Source of the DNA: an uncultured virus (IMG/VR IMGVR_UViG_3300035210_000116) | Lineage: Duplodnaviria; Heunggongvirae; Uroviricota; Caudoviricetes | DNA length: 20,000 bases | Reading direction: 5' to 3' (one strand) | IMG/VR virus record: IMGVR_UViG_3300035210_000116 | Part shown: positions 1 through 7,800 of the stretch, in pieces | Layout: the number at the start of each line of letters is the position of its first letter | Numbering within the stretch: the first letter of the stretch is position 1 | Program-made: the position numbers and the translations under genes | The notes under the pieces: model-generated | Databases searched by the model: none | Told to the model about the DNA's origin: nothing | Seen by the model: the letters and a program-made list of their open reading frames with translations, nothing else

Positions 1-1
1 C

Positions 2-610
2 CATAAAGACGAGAAGGAGATTATACGAGAGATTGAACGTAAAGGATACGTTCGTACTAGTACATCTTATTATACGGCCGCTGGATCAAGTAACACCAGA
101 TTCGGAAACACTGGCGGAAGGCATTCATCAAGAATGTTACGTGAAATGAAAAGCTCTGGTATTTATGGGAATAAGCATATTCCTAGAGTTTACTTTGCTT
201 CATCCGAACGCCAACGCCTGGAGCTACTTGCCGGGCTTATCGATACGGACGGAACAGTCTGTAAGTCAACCTCTAGAGTATCAATCTCGACCTGTAGTGA
301 TCAACTAAGAGACGACTACGTAGAACTTATACGCAGTCTCGGTCAGCGTCCCTACGTGTGCACTACGCAACCATGTCTATCCACATCTGGCATCCAAGGT
401 AAGAAGCCGACACACAACGTGGTATTCCAATCAACGCGAGACGATATACCGACAGTATTACCTAGAAAGAGGATATGGCGGACAGTGGCACTTCCACCCC
501 TCGGGATAACGGCGATAAGAAAAGTACCTGCGCAGCCCGGGAAGTGCATTCAGGTAGCCGCCGCGGATGGTATGTACCTTGTCGGAGAAGGTTTAATACC
601 GACGCATAAT
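2..610 (+). mobile_element. C-terminal part of a LAGLIDADG homing-endonuclease intein in TerL
   Basis: NKHIP...LLAGLIDTDG endonuclease motif. C-terminal splicing blocks KCIQVAAADGMYLVGEGLIPTHN (Asn codon 608-610) are followed by extein Ser (611-613). The N-terminal splice junction is outside the window. Confidence 0.92.
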
Positions 611-2104
611 AGCGAACTTGCCTCAGATTCAGGACCCGCTTGGATTTTAGGGCACCACCCTGATTGGGAAGTAATCTTGGCATCATATTCAGATGAACTC
701 CCAACTAAATTTTCCAGATCTATTAGAGAACAGGTTCGTTCTGCTGAGTATAAAGAAATATTTCCCAGGGGACCTGTCATCAAAGCTGACGATGCTGGCG
801 CAGGCGCTTGGCGTACAGAGCAAGGCGGCGGTTTCCGCGCAGTCGGCGTTGGAGGTGCCATAACAGGGTTTGGTGCTAACGTACTGATCCTCGATGACTG
901 TATACGAGGCGAGGCCGAAGCGAGATCGCCAGTAGCCCTTGAAAAACTTTGGCAGTGGGCTACCTCGACCGCTTCTTCGCGCCTCATGCCGCTGTCTGGA
1001 GTGATAATAATCGCGCAAAGATGGGCTGTTATGGACCTGATAGGTCGTTTTGAGCAGCGGATGGCTGAAGAAATGGCGGAAGTTATTTCTACTCGTAAGC
1101 GTGCTGACGACTACGAGGAGGAGGGGGATATCGACGAAGCCGAACGCCATCGCCTGGAAGCTAAAGAGTTAGATGAGTCAATGGATAAGTGGCACCTGGT
1201 CAAATATTCAGCCTTGGCAGTAGAGGACGAGTACCTTACCCCCGAGGGTGAGATAACACGTGTTAGCGCGCAGCAAACTCCACTCCCCAGTTGGCGCTTG
1301 CTTCGTAGAAAGGGCGAGTCAATTCACCCGCAGCGGTTTCCTCGCGGTTACTACCTAAATAAAAAGCGATTAAACCCAACTCTGTTCTCGGCGATGTACC
1401 AGCAAGAGCCAGTTAGTCTTGAGGATAGTTATTTTTCGGGTGGCGATTTTCGCAGATACGAAAAGGGCAAGCATCCTAAGTTGGAGAACTGTAATGTCTT
1501 CGCCAGCTGGGACTTAGCTGTAAGTACAGCCACTTATGCTGACTTTACGGTTGGAATTTGTGCGGCCATGGATTGTAAGGGGGACGTATACATCCTGGAT
1601 AGAATAAAAGGGCGCTTCGGAGATATCTATGAGATATCAGATCTTATTATCGACCTCCATGTGAAATGGAAATGTCAGCAAACAGGGATCGAGCGAATGA
1701 TGTTGTCGATGGCTCTCGGCCCAGTATTGAAGCGTAGGATGCAGGAGCGTAAGCAGTACATAAACTTAGCGGAGGGGAAAGAGGAATTACGCGCTGGCAA
1801 TCAAGATAAAAAAGTGCGCGCCCGTCAAATCCAGGCTTTACTGAAACAGGGTAAGATTCTAGTGCCTGAGGGAGAATCGTGGGATGAATTTATAGCAATC
1901 CTTTCATCCTTTGGATTTAGTGGGCATGATGACGATGCTGACTCCATGGCATACCTTGGCATAATGTTTAATAGAACTCCTCCTCCACGTGATCCGTCGA
2001 GTCTCGCAGAACGTGTGGGCAAGAAATTTAGAAGCTGGATAGACGAGATGAATGATGAAATTGGTCTAATGGGGCACGGCAGTGACGACTACATGAGTGC
2101 TTAG
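2..2104 (+). CDS. terL: Phage terminase large subunit (5'-truncated by window edge), intein-containing
   Basis: The frame is open from base 2, so the Met at 134 is internal. After the intein end (THN|SELAS) come terminase ATPase motifs (ILASYS, GVGGAITGFGANVLILDD Walker B, IIIAQRW, SAMYQQEP) and RNase H-like nuclease motifs (SWDLA, ADFTVG, GIE, HDDDADSM). Confidence 0.93.
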   Translation, partial: HKDEKEIIREIERKGYVRTSTSYYTAAGSSNTRFGNTGGRHSSRMLREMKSSGIYGNKHIPRVYFASSERQRLELLAGLIDTDGTVCKSTSRVSISTCSDQLRDDYVELIRSLGQRPYVCTTQPCLSTSGIQGKKPTHNVVFQSTRDDIPTVLPRKRIWRTVALPPLGITAIRKVPAQPGKCIQVAAADGMYLVGEGLIPTHNSELASDSGPAWILGHHPDWEVILASYSDELPTKFSRSIREQVRSAEYKEIFPRGPVIKADDAGAGAWRTEQGGGFRAVGVGGAITGFGANVLILDDCIRGEAEARSPVALEKLWQWATSTASSRLMPLSGVIIIAQRWAVMDLIGRFEQRMAEEMAEVISTRKRADDYEEEGDIDEAERHRLEAKELDESMDKWHLVKYSALAVEDEYLTPEGEITRVSAQQTPLPSWRLLRRKGESIHPQRFPRGYYLNKKRLNPTLFSAMYQQEPVSLEDSYFSGGDFRRYEKGKHPKLENCNVFASWDLAVSTATYADFTVGICAAMDCKGDVYILDRIKGRFGDIYEISDLIIDLHVKWKCQQTGIERMMLSMALGPVLKRRMQERKQYINLAEGKEELRAGNQDKKVRARQIQALLKQGKILVPEGESWDEFIAILSSFGFSGHDDDADSMAYLGIMFNRTPPPRDPSSLAERVGKKFRSWIDEMNDEIGLMGHGSDDYMSA

Positions 2105-2105
2105 T

Positions 2106-2396
2106 ATGACTATAGACGACATCGTTGATGGGTTAGTAAAAGACAAGCGCCTTAATAGGCGCGAGGCAGCTGACCTGGTTGAAACTTTTTTCAACCTACT
2201 AAAAGAGCAGGTAGAAGAGGGTAAGCCTTGTAGCTTGCCCTCTTTCGGTCGACTTAAACTGGTTTTGGCTAGGAATAGGAATATGGGAAAAAATTGCTAC
2301 TCAGAGGACCCTCTGGATGCGAAATTTGTTCGGTTCTTTCCGCACAATAAACTCAAGGCGCGAGTTAGCGTTGATTTCGACAAAGTTCACCAGTAG
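2106..2396 (+). CDS. IHF/HU family DNA-bending protein (IHF-alpha-like, divergent arm)
   Basis: 96 aa from ATG 2106, immediately after the TerL stop. LNRREAADLVETFF...EGKPCSLPSFGRL...VRFFPHNKLKARV follows the IHF/HU pattern. Confidence 0.82.
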   Translation: MTIDDIVDGLVKDKRLNRREAADLVETFFNLLKEQVEEGKPCSLPSFGRLKLVLARNRNMGKNCYSEDPLDAKFVRFFPHNKLKARVSVDFDKVHQ

Positions 2397-2638
2397 CATT
2401 CTTCCCCGGCTAATTTTCTCCTCAAATATTTTAGAGTTCTTAGCGCCCGAGTTTGTTCCCTCGTTGTCATGGTCATTTTAAAGTGGTTAGTTATAAGTTC
2501 GATCTGTAATCGGGCCATTTCTTCCTCAAACCGCCTGTCGGTGGGCGTCATACGGTCGGGCCACCACCATTCAAAAGTGTTTGAGCTAGACGAGCTTAGT
2601 TCATATTCGGGTTCTTCGATCAAGGTTCTTCGTGCCAT
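2387..2638 (-). CDS. Hypothetical protein, 83 aa (only credible minus-strand gene)
   Basis: GGAG RBS upstream of the ATG and its own sigma70-like promoter (2666-2694); fills the gap between the IHF-like gene and the AT-rich element. Confidence 0.7.
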   Translation of the reverse strand: MARRTLIEEPEYELSSSSSNTFEWWWPDRMTPTDRRFEEEMARLQIELITNHFKMTMTTREQTRALRTLKYLRRKLAGEECYW

Positions 2639-2665
2639 TCTGGCTTCTCCACGGTTTAAAAAGTC

Positions 2666-2694
2666 ATAGTAATCCTAAATTCTTGGAAAGTCCA
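2666..2694 (-). promoter_or_regulatory. Sigma70-like promoter for the antisense gene
   Basis: Minus strand reads TGGACT-17 nt-TACTAT. Confidence 0.6.
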
Positions 2695-2703
2695 CACTTA
2701 TTT

Positions 2704-2871
2704 TGTAATGTAAAAATTTCCTAAACTAGAGCGGTATGTTTTGTTTGTTTTTTAGAAAAAAAACTTTAACTTTGTTTAGAAAACTACTTACAACTTCTTT
2801 TCTTTACTAAGAGCGTAAAAATCAAGGGCTTACAGGGTTTTTCTCACTTACAAACTCATTACACGCTTACA
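2704..2871 (+). repeat. 168-bp AT-rich non-coding element, copy 1 (inverted copy at 18792-18959)
   Basis: Manual alignment to the reverse complement of 18792-18959 gives about 85% identity, including long identical runs such as TTAGAAAAAAAACTTTAACTTTGT, TAGAAAACTACTTACAACTTCTTTTCT and TTACAAACTCATTACACGCTTACA. Confidence 0.95.
2820..2832 (+). promoter_or_regulatory. IHF consensus site in element copy 1
   Basis: AATCAAGGGCTTA matches WATCAANNNNTTR exactly. Confidence 0.6.
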
Positions 2872-2901
2872 GCCTTGATATATAACAAGATTATATTTCA
2901 C

Positions 2902-2930
2902 TTGACTTTTCGCGCCCAAGGACTTAAAAT
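2902..2930 (+). promoter_or_regulatory. Sigma70-like promoter of the non-structural operon
   Basis: TTGACT-17 nt-TAAAAT, followed by an AGAGGA RBS and ATG 2961. Confidence 0.75.
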
Positions 2931-2960
2931 ACTTGCTCACAACCTAAAAGAGGATGCTTA

Positions 2961-3245
2961 ATGAGCAAGATATCAGTAGTCCTGGTCGCAGGTAATTCCG
3001 ACGACAAACTAACTCAACTAATCTGGTCCCAGTTCTGCTCCGCCTTAAAAACATTGGCCGAGTACCATGGACAGATTCACTACGCTGGTTCCACGGAAGG
3101 CCACTCTCTATGGCAAACTTATGCCATAATTGTCGAGGTAGAGATGACCGAGACGGATAATCTTTTCGGCCAGGTCACAAAGGTGCGCACGCACTACGGC
3201 CAAGACTCTATCGCTTGGATAGCAGGAGAGGTTTTTTACGCATGA
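2961..3245 (+). CDS. Hypothetical phage protein, 94 aa
   Basis: Good RBS; first gene after the promoter; stop overlaps the next ATG (ATGA). Confidence 0.8.
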   Translation: MSKISVVLVAGNSDDKLTQLIWSQFCSALKTLAEYHGQIHYAGSTEGHSLWQTYAIIVEVEMTETDNLFGQVTKVRTHYGQDSIAWIAGEVFYA

Positions 3246-3406
3246 AACCGATTAAACGCCCGTTTCCCGAAAAAGCCTCCGGTCAGATACTTCCAGAGGA
3301 TATCGTCGATCCATTTACAACCTTACGCGCAACCGGAAAAATCCGCTTCGCTCCTACCAAAAAACAGAGGGATTATACACGTGACGAATCACAAGCTAGA
3401 CACTGA
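3242..3406 (+). CDS. Hypothetical protein, 54 aa
   Basis: ATGA overlap with the upstream stop; GGAGAGG upstream; MKPIKRPFPEK... Confidence 0.55.
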   Translation: MKPIKRPFPEKASGQILPEDIVDPFTTLRATGKIRFAPTKKQRDYTRDESQARH

Positions 3407-3878
3407 TTCAGCAGTATTTTTCTACGAGCAGGAGTTCTACGCCCTGTCGAACTTCTCGAGTTTCAGACTTATGTGGTCGGGCATAGACTTTGATACCGTA
3501 GAACACGCCTATCACTGGTCTAAGTTTACTCAGACAGTTGACCCACTCATTGGTGCTGGAATACGGTCCATGATACGGAGTGCTCGCTCAGCACATGAAG
3601 CCTACAAGCTCGCGCAAGAGTGCAAGGAGTACGTACGACCAGACTGGCTCGCAGTCAGAAACGACGAGATGAGGTACCTCCTTGCCGCCAAGTTACGCCA
3701 GCATCACTACGTCTGGCAGAAGCTATTACAGACTGGCGATCGGCTCCTGGTAGAAGACTCATGGAGAGATTCCTACTGGGGCATCGGTCCCGATGGAGAC
3801 GGAGAAAACAATCTTGGTAAGATCTGGATGGGTATAAGAACTCGCCTACGTGAAGAGATAGCCCGTGACGATAGTTAG
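3381..3878 (+). CDS. NADAR (YbiA-like) family hydrolase
   Basis: GTG start with GAGG RBS. Motifs ALSNF, FDTVEHAYHWSKF, LLQTGDRLLVEDSWRDSYWGIGPDGDGENNLGKIWMGIR are characteristic of NADAR proteins. Confidence 0.92.
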   Translation: MTNHKLDTDSAVFFYEQEFYALSNFSSFRLMWSGIDFDTVEHAYHWSKFTQTVDPLIGAGIRSMIRSARSAHEAYKLAQECKEYVRPDWLAVRNDEMRYLLAAKLRQHHYVWQKLLQTGDRLLVEDSWRDSYWGIGPDGDGENNLGKIWMGIRTRLREEIARDDS

Positions 3879-4350
3879 AAAGTGTTTCTGCGATTCCGAT
3901 CTCCACATGTTTGACGTGCTCTCTCCTTTCATGGAGCTAACTGAACCGCCCACTCCTTGGAATAGGACCTGGATGGGCGACCTGGTGTGGTACGTCAAGC
4001 TCTGCGAGATGGCCGGATTCTGTTCTACCGACGACGGGATCCGACTCTGCGCTAGGCGCTGGCTTTCTGGCAAGCGGAAAGTCACAGCGCCTGGAACCCA
4101 GCGGAGAAAGGACGCGGAGAAGGCTCGCAGAAAACTCCTCGCGGCAGTGCCACAGGAGCTCCTAGAAGCCCTCAAGATGGCATCCCAAACACAGGCCGCC
4201 GAACAGTACCGGGGAGGGTCGGAGAAGGCCCTGAACAGCCTTATAGGCTTCGTGATGAGGCGCTACGTGGCTGCCACGAAGGTTTCCGCACAGGTCGTCA
4301 GAGAACTTTTAATAGAAACACTGAATAAAAAGCTTGCGCCATCCGTATAG
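3865..4350 (+). CDS. Protein with C-terminal GatB/YqeY-like helical tail
   Basis: The C-terminus AEQYRGGSEKALNSLIGFVMRR...SAQVVRELLIETL resembles the GatB C-terminal pattern (YrxGkxkalxxlvGqVMk...v.ell...L). The start codon is uncertain. Confidence 0.6.
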   Translation: MTIVRKCFCDSDLHMFDVLSPFMELTEPPTPWNRTWMGDLVWYVKLCEMAGFCSTDDGIRLCARRWLSGKRKVTAPGTQRRKDAEKARRKLLAAVPQELLEALKMASQTQAAEQYRGGSEKALNSLIGFVMRRYVAATKVSAQVVRELLIETLNKKLAPSV

Positions 4351-4387
4351 CGCGCGTATACTTAATTCTCACCGGGGCTTCGGCCCC
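4334..4387 (+). promoter_or_regulatory. Sigma70-like promoter plus 5'-UTR UUCG hairpin
   Basis: TTGCGC-17 nt-TATACT (4334-4362), then GGGGC-TTCG-GCCCC (4374-4387) with no adjacent U tract. Confidence 0.6.
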
Positions 4388-4405
4388 ACCGTTTTGAGGA
4401 AGTTT

Positions 4406-4810
4406 ATGTTTTTACACATTTCGGTCGCTACCGACTGCGCCCTGCTTCTGGCATCGCTACCACGAGGAGTTCTCCTCTGCAAGAAATTCAAATCTTGCGA
4501 CGACAATTTCGTCTGCGACAACAAGAATTTCGCTTGGGGAGGTATATTCCTCAATGAACCAGAATCAGATGATCGCTATTGCGTGGCTAGTTTCCCTCTG
4601 GAAGACGCAGGTAATTTCCTGCGTGCCTTTGAGGATAGGAGCTTCACTTCACAAGCTGTTAATCAGCTAGTGTACTGGGCTTACCAGGTGGTAAAGAGTG
4701 GCCGCGGCCTGCTTCTATTGGAGGAGGCGCACATCCCTCAAGACATTATCGAGCAGTACAAGGCACAGGCTGACCTGTTGCCCATAAAGTACTCGCTACA
4801 CAGTAATTAA
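4406..4810 (+). CDS. Hypothetical protein, 134 aa
   Basis: ATG 4406 preceded by GAGGA. The ORF-track start at 4334 lies within the promoter and is unlikely. Confidence 0.72.
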   Translation: MFLHISVATDCALLLASLPRGVLLCKKFKSCDDNFVCDNKNFAWGGIFLNEPESDDRYCVASFPLEDAGNFLRAFEDRSFTSQAVNQLVYWAYQVVKSGRGLLLLEEAHIPQDIIEQYKAQADLLPIKYSLHSN

Positions 4811-4825
4811 ACAGGACCCAGTTGT

Positions 4826-7800
4826 ATGAATCAGACTAAATATCTTCCAACTCAGTACCAAGAATTTATAGCACTTAGTCGGTATTCAAGATTCCGCGCA
4901 GACATTGGTCGCCGTGAGACTTGGCCCGAGACCGTAGACAGGCTAATAACTTTTTGGAAAGGCCGTTTTCCTGAATTGTCTACGATTTTGGATGGCCTAG
5001 GCGATTCAATCGAGAGCCTAGAGGTCATGCCTTCGATGAGAAGTTTAATGACCGCCGGGCCAGCTCTTGATCGTTCTGAGATTGCGGCTTTTAACTGTAC
5101 GTACGCGGCTATATCTGGCAAAGGGCCAGAAGTTTTACTATGGGATGAGAAACTGCGCGAACTTGGCCATGACGAGCCGATAAAGATCAAGATACATAAT
5201 CCTCTTATATTTGATGAGTCGTTTTTTATTCTACTCAATGGTACTGGTTTTGGTTTTTCTGTTGAGAGGCAGTTAATCGTCGATCTACCGACTATCGGCA
5301 AAGTACTTTCTCGCTCAATCTACAAAAAAACGGCTAAGAACTTTCCCAAAGTACCTAAAGAGGACCTGTCTTCTTATGACAAGAAGACCAATACCATAAT
5401 AGTAGCTGATAGTAAAGAAGGATGGGCTTCTGCGCTGCGTATTTTTATTGTCGAGATGTACAACGGTAATTTCAAAGTACACATCGACGTATCTGGCGTG
5501 CGCCCCGCAGGAATGCCGCTCAAAGTTTTTGGCGGGAGGAGTTCAGGTCCTGACATGTTAGTAGATATGTTGGAAAAACTTAGACTTATTTTTATAGCAG
5601 CGAACGGTAGGAAACTTACTTCCGTAGAATGCCACGATGTTTTATGCTTCATAGCGCAGGCCGTAATTTCGGGAGGCGTTCGTCGTAGTAGTTTGATATC
5701 GTTGAGTAATCTGTCGGACGAACGGATCCGGTATGCTAAATCCGGCAATTGGTGGGAAGAAAATCCGCAACGCTCGCTGGCAAATAACTCAGTTGCTTAT
5801 ACTGAGAAACCAGAGATTGGGCAGTTTATGCGAGAGTGGCAGTCTCTGTACGAGTCAAGGAGCGGCGAGAGAGGAATTTTCAACCGGGGCGCGGCCAAAC
5901 AGGCAGCCGATAGGATAGGACGTGATAGCTCTTATGAGTTTGGCACGAATCCTTGCGTTCGTGGCGATACAATGATTCTAACAAAAGCAGGACATTTTCA
6001 GATAAAAGATTTGGTAGGTAAAACCGTAGAAGTTTGGGATGGCGCGCAGTGGGTGGAGATTGACAACTTCCGTGTGACAGGTACTGACCAAGAGGTATGG
6101 AAGGTAACTTTACATGATGGGTCTGAGATTATAGCGACCCCGTACCATACGTTTATAACGGAAGGTGGCGACAGGGTAAAACTAAACGAGTTAGAGGTTG
6201 GCGATCGACTAGCATATTCAGAGGCCCCCGAAACCCACGGCACTATCGAAGAACCCGGAGCTTATGCAAAAGGTTTCGCACTTGGTGACGGTTCGCATAC
6301 GGCGAGTAACGTGGATAATCCTCTCCTGTGGGTCTATGCGCCTAAGTTCGTGTGCGAAGACCGCCTTATAGAATCGCTTAATGAATTACCAGTGTCTGCT
6401 CCACGCACGGGAGCCATTACGGAGGTTGGTATTTGCCCAGCTGGCAAGGTTCGGCATAGGGTAACAGGGCTGTCTGTTCGTAAGTCGTTACTCCCGTGGT
6501 GTACTGAGTATAAGGACGGACTACCATCTGATGTTTTTAACTGGACCAAACACGCAAAAGCAGAGTTTTTAGCCGGATTGTTCGATAGTGATGGGACCGC
6601 AAGTGACACAAAGAATGGTTTCATGTACCAACTTACTTCAGTAAGTAGAAAGTTGCTGCTAGACGTGCAGCTACTGCTCAAATCACTCGGAGTACAGTCA
6701 AAACTTATGTTGACTAAGGCAGCTGGCATTAAGGATTTTGGCCCCGAGCGTGGTGGATTTTGCCCTGTTAAGGCGGCTTATCGCTTGACTATAAGCCAGT
6801 CAAGCTCGATAGAACTAGCAAAACAACTTACGTTTTCCAGGTTGGCATCCTTTGCCACAAAGACTACGGCGTACAAAGTAAAGTCTAAGACCAACAAGAT
6901 TGTATCCATTGAGCCAGCTGGCGTAGAGGATAATGTATACTGCTGCACCGTGCCAACTAACCACAAGGTTTCGCTAAGTAACGGAATTATAACGGGGCAG
7001 TGTGGTGAAATTGTTCTGCGCGACGCCCAAGCATGTAATCTAACATCCATTGTAGTTAGGGAAGAGGATACGCTTGATACGCTGAAAGAAAAAGCGGAAA
7101 AAGCAACTATACTTGGTACATTGCAATCTACGCTGACAGATTTCTCCTATCTTTCTCCTATATGGAAGGAGAACTGCGAGGAAGAGAGATTACTAGGTGT
7201 TTCGATGACCGGTACCATGGATCATCCAGTCCTATCGCACGTGTCAGACGAAGCCAAACGCTGGTTAGACGAACTACGTGCCGTAACGAAGGCAGTAAAT
7301 GAAGAATGGGCTGCTAAACTTGGGATAAATAAGTCGGCCGCTATAACGTGCTCGAAACCAGAAGGAACCTCAAGTCAGTTAAATAATACGGCCAGTGGTT
7401 TACACGCAAGGCACTCTCCATATTATATTCGCCGGGTTAGGGCAGATGATAAAGACCCACTGGGCATCGTAATGGAGGCCCAAGGTTACCCTTGTGAACC
7501 TGATTTAATGCAGCGAGCAACAAAGGTGTTTTCTTTCCCCGTTAAATCTCCGAAGTCAGCTGTGTTTAGGGATGATAGAACAGCCTTGGAACAACTAGAA
7601 TACTGGTTAATGTTCAAGCAACACTGGACAGATCACAATCCTTCTATAACAATATCTGTTAAAGAAAAAGAATGGATAGAAGTTGCGGCCTGGGTATATA
7701 AAAATTTCGAAGAAGTTTGTGGCCTTAGTTTCCTACCCTTTTCAAATCATGTTTACAAGCAGGCCCCTTTTGACGAAATCACAAAAGAGCAGTATGAGGC

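Noticed and set aside
2704..2871. Element as a MITE or transposon end (TGT...ACA)
   Set aside because: No target-site duplication at either copy, the terminal inverted match is only about 5 bp, and no transposase is in the window. Kept only as a minor alternative.
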